From an uncultured Methylomirabilota bacterium (lineage in GTDB: Bacteria > Methylomirabilota > Methylomirabilia > Methylomirabilales > 2-02-FULL-66-22), in assembly GCA_963705305.1 (NCBI GenBank), contig OY970067.1:2720001-2784000 (forward strand): a stretch of DNA of 64,000 nucleotides, given 5' to 3'. Below are positions 1-11,730 of this stretch, one piece after another. Position numbers and translations under genes: made by a program. Under the pieces are notes generated by a model. The model was not told the DNA's origin. It did not search any database and worked only from the letters and a program-made list of their open reading frames with translations. The number at the start of each line of letters is the position of its first letter. Within the stretch, counting starts at the first letter, position 1.

Positions 1-1107
1 CGCACCACGCTGAAGCTGCTTCGGCATATGGGCGTCGAGGTGGCGGAGGAGGGAGGCACGTCCGTCAGGCTGCAGGCCCGGACGATCGCACGACCGGAGG
101 CTCCCTACGACCTCGTGCGGACGATGCGCGCCTCGGTGGTCGTGCTGGGTCCCCTGCTGGCCCGCCTGGGGCGGGCCAGCGTCTCCCTGCCCGGCGGCTG
201 CGCCATCGGACCGCGCCCCATCAACCTGCATCTCATGGGACTGGAGAAGCTGGGGGCCCGCATCCGCCTGAACGGGGGCTACGTGGAGGCGGAGGCGCGG
301 GGCCTCACGGGTGCCCATATCATCTTCGATATCCAAACGGTCACCGGGACGGAGAACTTGATGATGGCCGCCGCCCTGGCCGAGGGCACGACCGTGCTGG
401 AGAACGCCGCCTGCGAGCCCGAGGTGGAGGATCTGGCCAAGCTCCTGAACGGGATGGGAGCCAAGGTCGAAGGGGCCGGGACCACCACGATCACGATCCA
501 CGGCGTTCCCCGCCTGTACGGGGCCGTGCACCGGATCATCCCCGATCGGATCGAAACCGGCACCTTCGCCCTGGCCGTCGCCATCTCGGGGGGTGACGTC
601 ACGATCCGTGGATGCCGACCCGACCACCTGAAGGCGGTGATCGACAAGTTGCGGGAGGCGGGTGTACGGGTGGAAGTGGCGGAGGACACCCTCTCCGTCC
701 GGGCCGCCGACCGACTGCGAGCCGTCAACGTTCGGACCCAGCCCTTCCCGGGGTTCGCCACCGATATGCAGGCCCAGATGATGGCCCTGATGACGGTGGC
801 GGACGGGCGGAGCGTGATCACGGAGTCGGTCTTCGAGAACCGGTTCATGCACGTCAACGAGCTGTTGCGCCTCGGCGCGGACATCACCATCGCGGGCAAC
901 ACGGCGGTGGTGCAGGGTGTCTCCGGCCTGGTAGCGGCCCCGGTGATGGCCACGGACCTGCGGGCCAGTGCCTCGCTGGTCCTGGCCGGCCTCGTGGCCA
1001 GGGGCACGACCGCGATCTCGCGGATCTACCATCTGGATCGGGGCTACGAGGCCATCGAGCGGAAGCTGTCGGCGCTGGGCGCCGATGTGGAGCGGGTGCG
1101 GGGATGA
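1..1107 (+). CDS. murA: UDP-N-acetylglucosamine 1-carboxyvinyltransferase (5'-truncated by window edge)
   Basis: [11 protein letters not shown] catalytic Cys loop, [19 protein letters not shown] and HLDRGYE motifs; frame is open from base 1. Confidence 0.97.
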   Translation, partial: RTTLKLLRHMGVEVAEEGGTSVRLQARTIARPEAPYDLVRTMRASVVVLGPLLARLGRASVSLPGGCAIGPRPINLHLMGLEKLGARIRLNGGYVEAEARGLTGAHIIFDIQTVTGTENLMMAAALAEGTTVLENAACEPEVEDLAKLLNGMGAKVEGAGTTTITIHGVPRLYGAVHRIIPDRIETGTFALAVAISGGDVTIRGCRPDHLKAVIDKLREAGVRVEVAEDTLSVRAADRLRAVNVRTQPFPGFATDMQAQMMALMTVADGRSVITESVFENRFMHVNELLRLGADITIAGNTAVVQGVSGLVAAPVMATDLRASASLVLAGLVARGTTAISRIYHLDRGYEAIERKLSALGADVERVRG

Positions 1108-1798
1108 CGGCGGGGGAGTCGTCGGACCGGGCGGGAAACACGGACGACCCGATCGCGGTGGCGGTGCCCAAGGGGCGGCTCTTCCCCAGCACCCTTCGCC
1201 TCTTTGCCGGATTGGGGATCGCGGCCCTGGAGGGGCTGGCGGACTCGCGGCGGCTGATCGCGGAGGACCCGGCCCGCGACCTGCGCTTCCTGGCGCTCAA
1301 GCCGGTGGACATCCCAACCTATGTAGAGCATGGGGCCGCCGACATGGGGATCGTGGGGAAGGATCTCTTGCTGGAGCAGGGACGGGACGTGTACGAACCC
1401 CTGGATCTCGGGTTTGGGGCCTGTCGGCTGATCGTGGCCGAGCCGGCGCATCTGCGCCTGCACGACGACCCCGCGGTCTGGACCTGTCTCCGGGTGGCCA
1501 CCAAGTACCCCCGGCTGGCCGAGCGGCACTTCAGCCAGAAGGGGGTGCAGGTGGAGATCGTCCACCTGTCCGGCTCTGTCGAGCTGGCCCCGGCCATGGG
1601 CTTGGCCGAGCGGATCGTGGATCTGGTGGATACGGGCCGCACGCTCAAGGAGAATGGCCTGGTCGAGGTGGAGGAGATCCTTCGGGCCAGCGCCCGCCTG
1701 ATCGTCAACCGCGCCAGCCTGAGGACCCGATATGCAGCCATCCAGCGGGTGATCGAAGCGCTGCGCAGCGCACGCGGCGCGTCCACAGGAGGCGGACG

Positions 1799-1811
<13 letters not shown>
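1104..1811 (+). CDS. hisG: ATP phosphoribosyltransferase, short form
   Basis: [31 protein letters not shown] and GSVELAP motifs; ATGA overlap with murA stop. Confidence 0.95.
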
Positions 1812-3091
<1,280 letters not shown>

Positions 3092-3095
<4 letters not shown>

Positions 3096-4204
3096 CCCTC
3101 GATCCCTGCTCGCTCATCCGCCCCGAGGTTCGAGCCCTCGCGGCCTACCAGGCGGCCGTGGAGCCCGATCCGAATCGGCGGGCGAAGCTGGACGCCAACG
3201 AGAGCCCGTTCGCGCTTGGCGAGTCGATCCGCGGTGCCGTCACCCAGGAGCTGGCCGCGGCTCTGCGCGACGTGGAGCTTCACCGCTATCCCGATCCGGA
3301 GGCGCGCGAGCTGCGCCGGCTGCTGGCGCGGGAGCTGGGGGTGGAGCCGGCCGAGCTCCTGGTCACCAACGGCTCGGACGAGGGGATCCAGCTCTTGCTG
3401 GTGGCGGTGGCCGGTCCGGGCGTGACGGTCCTATCCCCGGCGCCGACATTCGTGATGTACGAGCTGGGGGCGCGCGCACTGGGCCTGCGGTACGTCGGCG
3501 TGCCGACGGATGCCGAATTCCTCCTGGACGCCGACACGCTGTGCGCAGCCATCCGGCGGGAGCAGCCGCGGCTGGTTTTCCTGGCCTGGCCCAACAATCC
3601 CACGGGGCGGCTGCTCCCCGGGCCGGTGGTCGAGGCCGTGCTCCGGGCCTGCAGCGGGGAGGCGACGCCGGCCCTGGTGGTCGTGGACGAGGCGTACTTT
3701 CAGTACGCGGGCGTCAGCTTCCTCCCGCGCCTGCGCGAATATCCCCACCTGGTGGTCCTGCGGACCCTGTCCAAGATCGGCCTAGCGGGCATCCGATTGG
3801 GGATGCTCGTCGCCCAGGGGCCCCTGATCGCGGAGATCAACAAGGTCCGCAGCCCGTACAATGTCAATGCCCTCAGCCAGGCGGTCGGCCGGGTGGTGCT
3901 GGCGCATGCGGACCTGATCCGGCGGAACGCGGAGCGGATCGTCGCGGAGCGTGAGCGGATGCTGGCCGAGCTCCGTGCGCTGCCGGGCGTCACGGTCTTC
4001 CCCAGCCAGGCCAACTTCTTCCTCGTGCGGACGGATCGGCCCGGGGACGAGGTGCACCAGGCCCTGCTGGCGCGGGGCGTCCTGGTGCGCAACTTCTCGC
4101 ACGCCCCCCATCTGGCCAACTGCCTGCGGGTCACCGTGGGCGCGGCCGAGGAGAACGAGGCCTTCCTTTCCGCTCTGCGCGCCGTCCTCGGCGCGGGGAG
4201 GTGA
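3092..4204 (+). CDS. hisC: Histidinol-phosphate aminotransferase
   Basis: KLDANESP, RYPD, NGSDE, PNNPTG, VDEAY and RTLSK motifs; ATGA overlap with hisD. Confidence 0.96.
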
Positions 4205-4205
4205 C

Positions 4206-4799
4206 ATGGCCCGATCCGCCGACGTAACACGCACGACCACCGAAACGGACATCCGGATCAGCCTGGAGCTGGACGGCCGCGGCGAGCACCGGATCGATAC
4301 GGGGATTCCCTTCCTGGACCACATGCTGGCCCAGGTGGCCCGCCACGCCCGATTTGACCTGGCGCTTCAGGCGCGCGGGGATCTGGCCGTGGACTACCAC
4401 CACACCGTGGAGGACATCGGCATCGCGCTGGGAGAGGCGGTGGCGAAGGCGCTGGGGGACAAGGCGGGAATTGTTCGGTACGGAGCGGCCCGCGTCCCCA
4501 TGGATGATTCGCTGGCGGCCGTGGTCGTGGACCTGAGCGGGCGGCCCTTCCTGGTCTTTCAGGCCCCCCAGCTCCGGGGGCGGGTGGGCGATTTCGACGT
4601 GGACCTGGCGCGGGAGTTCTTCCAGGGCCTGGCGAGCCACCTGCGAGCCACCATCCACGTGCAGGTGGAGTACGGGCAGAATCTCCACCACATGGTCGAA
4701 GCGGCCTTCAAGGCGCTGGGCCGCGCGCTGGATCAGGCGGTGCGTCCGGACCCCCGCCTGCAGGGGGCGGCTCCGTCCACCAAGGGAAGCCTGGCCTGA
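4206..4799 (+). CDS. hisB: Imidazoleglycerol-phosphate dehydratase
   Basis: TGIPFLDHML, DYHHTVED, NLHHMVEAAFKA and PSTKG motifs. Confidence 0.97.
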   Translation: MARSADVTRTTTETDIRISLELDGRGEHRIDTGIPFLDHMLAQVARHARFDLALQARGDLAVDYHHTVEDIGIALGEAVAKALGDKAGIVRYGAARVPMDDSLAAVVVDLSGRPFLVFQAPQLRGRVGDFDVDLAREFFQGLASHLRATIHVQVEYGQNLHHMVEAAFKALGRALDQAVRPDPRLQGAAPSTKGSLA

Positions 4800-4800
4800 G

Positions 4801-5436
4801 ATGATCGCCATCATCGATTCCGGCATCGCCAACCTGCGGAGCGTGGAGAAGGGGTTCGCACGGGTGGGGGCCCAGGCGATCGTGGTCGAGGACCCGCGGA
4901 ACTTGGCGGAGGCGTCCGGCATCGTCCTTCCGGGCGTGGGGGCCTTTGCCGATGGGATCGCCAAGCTTCGGGCCCACGGCTTCGTCGAGGCGCTGTTGCG
5001 CGAGATCGAGCGGGGCAAGCCCGTGCTGGGAATCTGCCTGGGCCTCCATTTCCTGTTCTCGGAGAGCGAGGAGTTCGGCCTCCACACGGGGATGAATATC
5101 CTCCCCGGGCGAGTCCGGCGGTTCCCGGACAACGTCCCCGATCCGTCGGTCCTCGGCATGCGCCTGAAGGTGCCCCATATGGGATGGAACCGCGTTCACC
5201 TGGAGCGCCCGGTGCCGCTCTTCGCCGGCCTCCCCGAGGATCCGTACTTTTACTTCGTGCATTCCTACTACGTCGAGCCGGCGGACCCGGGCGTCGTCGC
5301 GGGGGTCACGGACTACGGGATCCGCTTCACGTCCGCCATCTGGCGCGAGAACCTCTTTGCGACGCAGTTTCACCCGGAGAAGAGCCAGGCGTTGGGCCTC
5401 AAGGTCCTGGCCAATTTTGCCGCCCTGGCGAGGTGA
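4801..5436 (+). CDS. hisH: Imidazole glycerol phosphate synthase, glutaminase subunit
   Basis: LPGVGAF, GICLG, VPHMGWN, YFVHSY and QFHPEKS motifs. Confidence 0.97.
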   Translation: MIAIIDSGIANLRSVEKGFARVGAQAIVVEDPRNLAEASGIVLPGVGAFADGIAKLRAHGFVEALLREIERGKPVLGICLGLHFLFSESEEFGLHTGMNILPGRVRRFPDNVPDPSVLGMRLKVPHMGWNRVHLERPVPLFAGLPEDPYFYFVHSYYVEPADPGVVAGVTDYGIRFTSAIWRENLFATQFHPEKSQALGLKVLANFAALAR

Positions 5437-5515
5437 CGAGCGCGAGTGGGGTCGGCGGGGGCGCCGGTTCGGCGATCCGAGGGACCCCGTTCGAACAGAT
5501 TCGGAGAGCCGCCCC

Positions 5516-6247
5516 ATGGAGATCATTCCCGCCATCGACCTGCGCGGGGGACGCGTTGTCCGGCTGATCCAGGGGGATCCCGCGCGCGAGACCCGGTATG
5601 CGGCCGACGCGGGAGCCGTGGCGGAGGAGTGGGAGCGGATTGGCGCCCGGCGCTTGCACGTGGTGGATCTGGACGGGGCGCTGCTCGGGACCCCGGCCAA
5701 TCACGCCGCGCTGCAGGCGATCCTGCGGCGAATTCAGATCCCGGTCCAAGTGGGGGGCGGCCTGCGGACGCTGGAAGCGGTGAGCGCGGTCCTGGACCTG
5801 GGGGCGGCGGCGGCCGTCCTGGGCACCGCGGCCATCCGGGATCCCGACTTTCTCCGGCAGGCATGCGAGGTCTTTCCCCAGCGCGTGGCGCTCGGCCTGG
5901 ATGCGCGCAATGGCCTGCTGGCCGTTGCGGGATGGGCCGAGGCCTCCGGGGTGAGGGCGGTGGACCTGGCCCGCCGGCTCGGCGCGCTGCCCGTGTCGGC
6001 TATCATCTACACGGATATCGCCCGCGACGGCATGCTCGAGGGACCGGATCTGGATGGGCTGGGCAGCCTCACCGCCGCCACCCCCATCCCGGTGATCGCG
6101 TCGGGGGGGATCGGCTGCGTGGAACACATCCGGGCGCTGAAGCGCCTGGAGGCCGCAGGCGTCACGGCGGCCATCGTGGGCAAGGCGCTCTATGACGGAC
6201 GACTGACCCTGCAGGCGGCCCTGGCCGCCGGACGCGAGGCATGCTAG
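5516..6247 (+). CDS. hisA: ProFAR isomerase
   Basis: [26 protein letters not shown] and [10 protein letters not shown] motifs. Confidence 0.96.
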   Translation: MEIIPAIDLRGGRVVRLIQGDPARETRYAADAGAVAEEWERIGARRLHVVDLDGALLGTPANHAALQAILRRIQIPVQVGGGLRTLEAVSAVLDLGAAAAVLGTAAIRDPDFLRQACEVFPQRVALGLDARNGLLAVAGWAEASGVRAVDLARRLGALPVSAIIYTDIARDGMLEGPDLDGLGSLTAATPIPVIASGGIGCVEHIRALKRLEAAGVTAAIVGKALYDGRLTLQAALAAGREAC

Positions 6248-7056
6248 CCAAGCGCATCATTCCCTGTCTGGACGTCAAGGAAGGCCGCGTCGTCAAGGGA
6301 ACCCAGTTCGTGAACCTCCGCGACGCCGGCGATCCGGTGGAGGTGGCGGCCCTCTACGACCGCCAGGGGGCCGACGAGCTGGTCTTCCTGGACATCACGG
6401 CCTCGTTCGAGCGGCGACGCATCATGATCGATGTGGTGGCGCGGACGGCGGATCAGGCCTTCATGCCCCTCACCGTCGGCGGGGGCATCCGGACCCTGGA
6501 GGACATCCGCGATCTGCTCAAGGCGGGCGCCGACAAGGTCTCGCTGAACACAGCGGCCGTGCAGCAGCCGGAGCTGATCCGCCGAGCCGCCGAGCGGTTC
6601 GGCAGCCAGTGCATCGTCCTGGCCATCGACGCGAAGTCCCGGGCGTCGATCCCGACGCCGAAAGCCGAGGCCGTCTCGTCTGAGCGCGCGGCTCGCCCCC
6701 TGCCAGCCGCCTGGGAGGTGTACATCCACGGGGGGCGCACGCCCACCGGCAAGGATGCGGTGGCGTGGGCGATCGAGGGCCAGCGTCTGGGCGCCGGCGA
6801 GATCCTCCTGACCAGCATGGACCGGGACGGCACCAAGGACGGGTATGACCTCATGCTGACACGCGCCATCGCCGAGGCGGTGGGGATCCCCGTCATCGCC
6901 TCGGGCGGGGCCGGGACATTGGAGCATCTCCGCCAGGGACTGGTGGAGGGGCGGGCCGATGCGGTGCTGGCGGCGTCCATGTTTCACTATCGCGAGGTGA
7001 CGATCCCGGAGGTGAAGTGCTACCTGGCGGAGCGGGGAGTGCCGGTCCGCCTGTAG
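6241..7056 (+). CDS. hisF: Imidazole glycerol phosphate synthase, cyclase subunit
   Basis: [39 protein letters not shown] and IASGGAG motifs. Confidence 0.98.
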   Translation: MLAKRIIPCLDVKEGRVVKGTQFVNLRDAGDPVEVAALYDRQGADELVFLDITASFERRRIMIDVVARTADQAFMPLTVGGGIRTLEDIRDLLKAGADKVSLNTAAVQQPELIRRAAERFGSQCIVLAIDAKSRASIPTPKAEAVSSERAARPLPAAWEVYIHGGRTPTGKDAVAWAIEGQRLGAGEILLTSMDRDGTKDGYDLMLTRAIAEAVGIPVIASGGAGTLEHLRQGLVEGRADAVLAASMFHYREVTIPEVKCYLAERGVPVRL

Positions 7057-7116
7057 TCTGCCAGCATTGTGCCGGGCTCTGGCGGCCTGGCGGGCCGCAG
7101 AGGACGGGAGGAGACC

Positions 7117-7599
7117 ATGGAATTCCAGGCGGTCAAGATCGAGACCCCGGACGGGGCGAACATCATCCTCGGCCAGAGCCACTTCATCAAGACGGTGGAG
7201 GACCTGTACGAGATCCTGGTCTCCGCCGTCCCCGGGGCGAAATTCGGAATTGCCTTCTGCGAGTCCTCGGGTCCGTGCCTGATTCGATCTGCGGGCACCG
7301 ACGACGAGCTCCGGCAGGCGGCGATCCGCAACGCCCAGGCTGTGGCGGCCGGCCACGTGTTCGTCGTGATCATGAAAGATGCCTATCCGATCAATGTCCT
7401 GAACGCGGTGAAGCTGTGCCAGGAGGTCTGCGGCATCTACTGCGCCTCGGCCAATCCCATCCAGGTGATCGTCGCGACCACCGACCAAGGACGCGGCGTC
7501 ATGGGGGTCGTGGATGGGCTGCCGCCACAAGGGGTGGAGACGGCGGCGGATGCGGCCGTGTGCAAGGACTTCCTGCGCAAGATCGGGTACAAGCTCTGA
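7117..7599 (+). CDS. Adenosine-specific kinase family protein (DUF355)
   Basis: NIILGQSHFIKTVEDL, FCESSGPCL, GHVF, YPINVLN, CASANP and GRGVMGVVDG motifs; GGAGGAG RBS. Confidence 0.88.
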   Translation: MEFQAVKIETPDGANIILGQSHFIKTVEDLYEILVSAVPGAKFGIAFCESSGPCLIRSAGTDDELRQAAIRNAQAVAAGHVFVVIMKDAYPINVLNAVKLCQEVCGIYCASANPIQVIVATTDQGRGVMGVVDGLPPQGVETAADAAVCKDFLRKIGYKL

Positions 7600-7658
7600 C
7601 GGGCTGCGGACGATCGTGCCGCCGGGTGGGTTCCCCGCGCGGATGAAAGGGACCGACT

Positions 7659-8405
7659 GTGGAGATGCGCATCCCTGCCGACCTTCGCTTCGACGCCAGC
7701 GGCCTGATCCCGGCCATCGCCCAGGATGCGGAGGATGGCCAGGTGCTGATGCACGCCTACATGGACCGCGAGGCATTGTCGCGGACCCTGGAGACCGGCC
7801 TGGCCCACTATTACAGCCGATCCAGGCGCCGGCTGTGGCAGAAGGGGGAGGAGTCGGGCCACGTGCAGCGGGTCCGCGCGATCCTGTACGACTGCGACGC
7901 GGACACGCTGCTCCTCAAGGTGGAGCAGGTCGTCGCGGCCTGCCACACCGGGCACCGCTCCTGCTTCTATCGCCAGCTGTCCGCACCGGGCGGGACGCCG
8001 GCCGAGGCACCGGAGCGACGATTCGACCCGGCGGCGGTCTATGCGGGATTGGGCATACTCGCCGAGGTGTTCGGGGTCATCCAGGATCGGAAGCGTCGCC
8101 GGCCGGAAGGGTCGTACGTCGCATCATTGTTCGCCAAGGGCCCGGACCAGGTCCTGAAGAAGGTCGGCGAGGAGGCCGCCGAGGTCCTGCTGGCCTCCAA
8201 GAGCGAGGACCGGGGCCAGATCATCTACGAGATGGCCGATCTCTGGTTCCACAGCCTGGTCCTGCTGGCGCAGTACGGCATCCGGCCGGAGGAGATCGCG
8301 CAGGAGCTGGGCCGGCGAGTCGGCAAAGCCAAGTCAGAATACGGCCCGTCCCGAGCCGATGGCCCCGGGGCGGACGCGACGGGGGCCGATCGCCAAAGCA
8401 GTTGA
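7659..8405 (+). CDS. hisIE: Bifunctional phosphoribosyl-AMP cyclohydrolase / phosphoribosyl-ATP diphosphatase
   Basis: [28 protein letters not shown], then [10 protein letters not shown] and YEMADLWFH. Confidence 0.96.
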   Translation: MEMRIPADLRFDASGLIPAIAQDAEDGQVLMHAYMDREALSRTLETGLAHYYSRSRRRLWQKGEESGHVQRVRAILYDCDADTLLLKVEQVVAACHTGHRSCFYRQLSAPGGTPAEAPERRFDPAAVYAGLGILAEVFGVIQDRKRRRPEGSYVASLFAKGPDQVLKKVGEEAAEVLLASKSEDRGQIIYEMADLWFHSLVLLAQYGIRPEEIAQELGRRVGKAKSEYGPSRADGPGADATGADRQSS

Positions 8406-8430
8406 CAAGCTGACCCGTCAGGGATATGCT
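8402..8430 (+). promoter_or_regulatory. Sigma-70 promoter of the rpsU operon
   Basis: TTGACA (8402-8407, overlapping the hisIE stop) - 17 bp - TATGCT. Confidence 0.75.
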
Positions 8431-8507
8431 AAATCGTTATATTTCAAAGCTTTTTTCAATCTCAACCGATCGGCACTATTGTCACGGCGCAAAGGGGGTG
8501 TGACTGG

Positions 8508-8705
8508 ATGCCTAGCGTGACGGTGAAGGAAGACGAGTCCTTCGAAAGCGCGCTACGCCGCTTCAAGAAGCAGTGCGAGAAAGCCGGGGTGCTCTCCGAG
8601 CTCCGCAAGCGTGAGCACTACGAAAAGCCCAGCGTTCGCAAGAAGAAGAAGATGCTGGCAGCGCGCAAGAAGGCGGCCAAGCGCATGCGCATGGTGCAAG
8701 AGTAG
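8508..8705 (+). CDS. rpsU: 30S ribosomal protein S21
   Basis: [26 protein letters not shown]. Confidence 0.98.
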   Translation: MPSVTVKEDESFESALRRFKKQCEKAGVLSELRKREHYEKPSVRKKKKMLAARKKAAKRMRMVQE

Positions 8706-8709
8706 CCCG

Positions 8710-9159
8710 GTGGACCTCAAAGCGCAGCTCCAGGAGGATCTCAAGTCAGCGTTGCGGTCTGGCGACAAGCTTTGCGTGTCGGTCATCCGGCTTCTCAGCG
8801 CGATGATCAAGAACCGCGAGGTGGAGAAGCGGGGCGCCCTGACGGACGCGGAGGTGATCCAGGCCATCTCGTCTTCGTGCAAGCAGCGGCAGGATTCCAT
8901 CGAGCAGTTTGGCCAGGGCGGACGGCAGGATCTGGTGGACAAGGAATCGGCGGAGCTCCGCATCCTGCAGTCCTATCTCCCCGCGCCGCTGTCTCCGGAA
9001 GAGCTCCAGACGATGGTGCAGGAGGCTGTTCAAGAGGCCCAGGCGACCTCTCCCAAGGAGATGGGCAAGGTCATGGCCGTGCTGATGCCGAAGATCGCCG
9101 GTCGGGCGGACGGGAAGGTGGCCAGCACCTTGGTGCGCGAGGTCCTCTCCAAGAGCTGA
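8710..9159 (+). CDS. yqeY: GatB/YqeY domain protein
   Basis: KQRQDSIEQF..GRQDL..YLP..MGKVM..GRADG; GTG start immediately after rpsU. Confidence 0.92.
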   Translation: MDLKAQLQEDLKSALRSGDKLCVSVIRLLSAMIKNREVEKRGALTDAEVIQAISSSCKQRQDSIEQFGQGGRQDLVDKESAELRILQSYLPAPLSPEELQTMVQEAVQEAQATSPKEMGKVMAVLMPKIAGRADGKVASTLVREVLSKS

Positions 9160-9291
9160 GGATCGCTGGATGACGAGTGATCCTGGGCCGGGGGGTATGG
9201 GCCGGCCCGGCGAGGTCAGCGGACGAACGCAAGGGACTCGGCAACGAGTCCCTTGCACTTTTTTTTGCAGGCTACTAGCGGGTCGGAGGTC

Positions 9292-11730
9292 ATGGACGCT
9301 CACAGCTTGCGGGTCTTGGAATTTCCCGACATCCTGGCCCACCTGGCGGCGCAGGCGGGCTCGATCCTCGGGCGGCAGCGGGCCGAAGCCTTGCTGCCCG
9401 CGATCGATCCGGCGCTGGTGAACCAGCGCCTGGCCGAGACCCGGGAATGCCGCGACCTCCTGCGCCAGGGCTCCACCCCGGGGTTAGAGGAGGCGTCCGA
9501 CATTCGGGCGGCCGTGCAGCGCGCCACGGTCCCCGGGGTCCGTCTGGCGCCCCCGGAGCTTCTGGCCGTGGCGGGAACACTGGAGGCGGCGGATCGGCTG
9601 CGGCGGCACCTGCGATCGGGAGAAGCGACGCGGCCGCATCTGGCACGGCTGATCGCGGGTCTCCGGCCGCCGTCGGAGCTGGCGGCGGAGATTCGGCGGT
9701 GCGTCATGCCGGATGGCGTCCTGGCCGACGGCGCCAGCCCCGAGCTCTTCCGCCTGCGGGGCCAGGCGCGCCGGGCTCGGGAGGCCGCGCGGGAGGCCCT
9801 GCAGTCCATCCTCACGGCCTCTCGCTTCCAACCGATCATCGCGGAGCCGGTCATCACCCTGCGCAACGATCGGTATGTGATCCCCGTCACCTCCGCCTAT
9901 CGGGGCGTCCTGCCGGGGGTCGTGCAGGATCAGTCCGGGAGCGGGCACACGCTGTTCCTGGAGCCGCTCGCGGTGGTGGAGCTCAACAACGCCATCCGCC
10001 GTTTGGAGCGTGAGGCCGAGGCCGAGGCGGACCGCATACTGGAGGAGCTGACGGGCCGGGTGCGCGCCGCCGCCTCGGATGTGGCCGACACGGTGGAGGC
10101 GCTGGCGGACGCGGACCTGCTGCTGGCCAAGGCGCGCCTGGCAGAGCGATGGGACGCCGCCGAGCCGGAGGTGCGCGCCGGGGGCGTGCTGCGGTTGCGC
10201 CGAATCCGCCACCCGCTCCTGCTGGAGGCGCGGCGCGCGCGGCGCTTGGAGGCGGGGGCCGGCGAGGTGGTGCCGATCGACGTCGATCTGCCGCCGGCAG
10301 TCCGGGTGCTGGTCGTCACGGGGCCCAATACGGGCGGGAAGACCGTGGCCTTGAAGACCGTCGGGCTGGCGGCCCTGATGGCGCAGGCCGGCCTGCATCT
10401 GCCGGCATCGGGAGATTCGCAGCTCCCGCTGTTCAGCCGCGTCTTCGCGGACATCGGGGACGAGCAGAGCATTGCGGAGGATCTCAGCACCTTTTCCGCC
10501 CACGTGACACGGCTCCGCCTGATCCTGGACCAGGCCACCGGCCAGAGCCTGGTGCTCGTGGACGAGATCGGGGCGGGGACCGATCCCGGCGAGGGCGCGG
10601 CCCTGGGGGGCGCCATCCTGGAGGCGCTGGCGGGGCGCGGGTGCCATGTGCTGGCCACCACGCATCTCGATGGAATCAAGGCGTTTGTGGCCCAGGATGC
10701 ACGCATGGTGAACGGGAATGTCGAGTTCGACCTTGACAGGCTGCGTCCCGCGTATACATTACATATCGGGTCTCCTGGACGCAGCTTCGCTATCGATATC
10801 GCCTGCCGCCTTGGTATCCCTCCTATGATTGTCGAGCGGGCCCGGGAGCTTATGGGGGACTCCGGCGCCGGGATCGCAGCCCTGCTGGACCGGTTAGAGG
10901 CTCTCGACCGACAGCGGACGACCGATGCCGGCGAGGTCGCGCGCGAGCGGGAAGCGGCTGCGCGCGCCCGGCAGAGCGCGGAAGCCCGGGCGGAGGAGCT
11001 TCGCGCGCAGGCGGCGAGCATCCGGACGCGGGCCTCGCGCCTGGTGGAGGACATCGCCTCCGAGACCCGCCGGCAGGCGGAACGGATCGTGGCAGACCTC
11101 AGGCGCGGCGGGTCGATTCAAGAGGCGCGCCGGCAGATTCGTGACCTGGCCGAGATGTCCGAGGCCGCCGTGGCGGAGGTTGCGCAGGTTGCCCCGCCCC
11201 CCGAGACAGGGCCCGGCCTCCGGACCGTCGTGCCGGGTCAGCGGGTGCTGGTCCAGCACCTCGGGCAGGTCGGCACCGTCTTGTCAGAGCCGACGCCGCA
11301 GGGGCTCGTCGAGGTTCAATTGCCGCTCGGGAAGACGCGGGCGGATGTCCAATCGCTGCGGCCCGCCGCAGAGGAGGCCCCGAGGCCGCGGGGTGGTGTG
11401 ACCTGGACGGCGGGGGCCGGGGACAGCCTCACGGCCGAGATCAAGGTGATCGGCTGCACGGTGGAGGAGGCGACGGAGCGCGTGCGGCGGTATCTGGAGG
11501 ATGCGGTGCTGGGCGGACTCCAGCGCGTGCGCATCGTCCACGGCAAAGGAACGGGACGGCTGCGGCGGGGCCTGGCGGAGGCGCTGAAGAATCATCCGCT
11601 GGTGGCGAGTTTCCATCTGGCCGCCTTCGACGAGGGGGGCGCCGGGGCCACCGTCGTCGAGCTGGGACCGCGCGAGTCGGCGAGTGAAGGGGCGGAGGGA
11701 CCGGTGCCTGGCCGGCCGGGGGCGGCGTGA
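9292..11730 (+). CDS. mutS2: Endonuclease/ATPase MutS2
   Basis: TGPNTGGKT P-loop, DIGDEQSI..LSTFS, DEIGAGTDP, KOW-like segment, C-terminal Smr IVHGKGTG. Confidence 0.95.
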   Translation: MDAHSLRVLEFPDILAHLAAQAGSILGRQRAEALLPAIDPALVNQRLAETRECRDLLRQGSTPGLEEASDIRAAVQRATVPGVRLAPPELLAVAGTLEAADRLRRHLRSGEATRPHLARLIAGLRPPSELAAEIRRCVMPDGVLADGASPELFRLRGQARRAREAAREALQSILTASRFQPIIAEPVITLRNDRYVIPVTSAYRGVLPGVVQDQSGSGHTLFLEPLAVVELNNAIRRLEREAEAEADRILEELTGRVRAAASDVADTVEALADADLLLAKARLAERWDAAEPEVRAGGVLRLRRIRHPLLLEARRARRLEAGAGEVVPIDVDLPPAVRVLVVTGPNTGGKTVALKTVGLAALMAQAGLHLPASGDSQLPLFSRVFADIGDEQSIAEDLSTFSAHVTRLRLILDQATGQSLVLVDEIGAGTDPGEGAALGGAILEALAGRGCHVLATTHLDGIKAFVAQDARMVNGNVEFDLDRLRPAYTLHIGSPGRSFAIDIACRLGIPPMIVERARELMGDSGAGIAALLDRLEALDRQRTTDAGEVAREREAAARARQSAEARAEELRAQAASIRTRASRLVEDIASETRRQAERIVADLRRGGSIQEARRQIRDLAEMSEAAVAEVAQVAPPPETGPGLRTVVPGQRVLVQHLGQVGTVLSEPTPQGLVEVQLPLGKTRADVQSLRPAAEEAPRPRGGVTWTAGAGDSLTAEIKVIGCTVEEATERVRRYLEDAVLGGLQRVRIVHGKGTGRLRRGLAEALKNHPLVASFHLAAFDEGGAGATVVELGPRESASEGAEGPVPGRPGAA

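Noticed and set aside
9253..9270. Poly-T tract upstream of mutS2 as a phase-variable promoter
   Set aside because: Only 8 T and no convincingly spaced -10 box.
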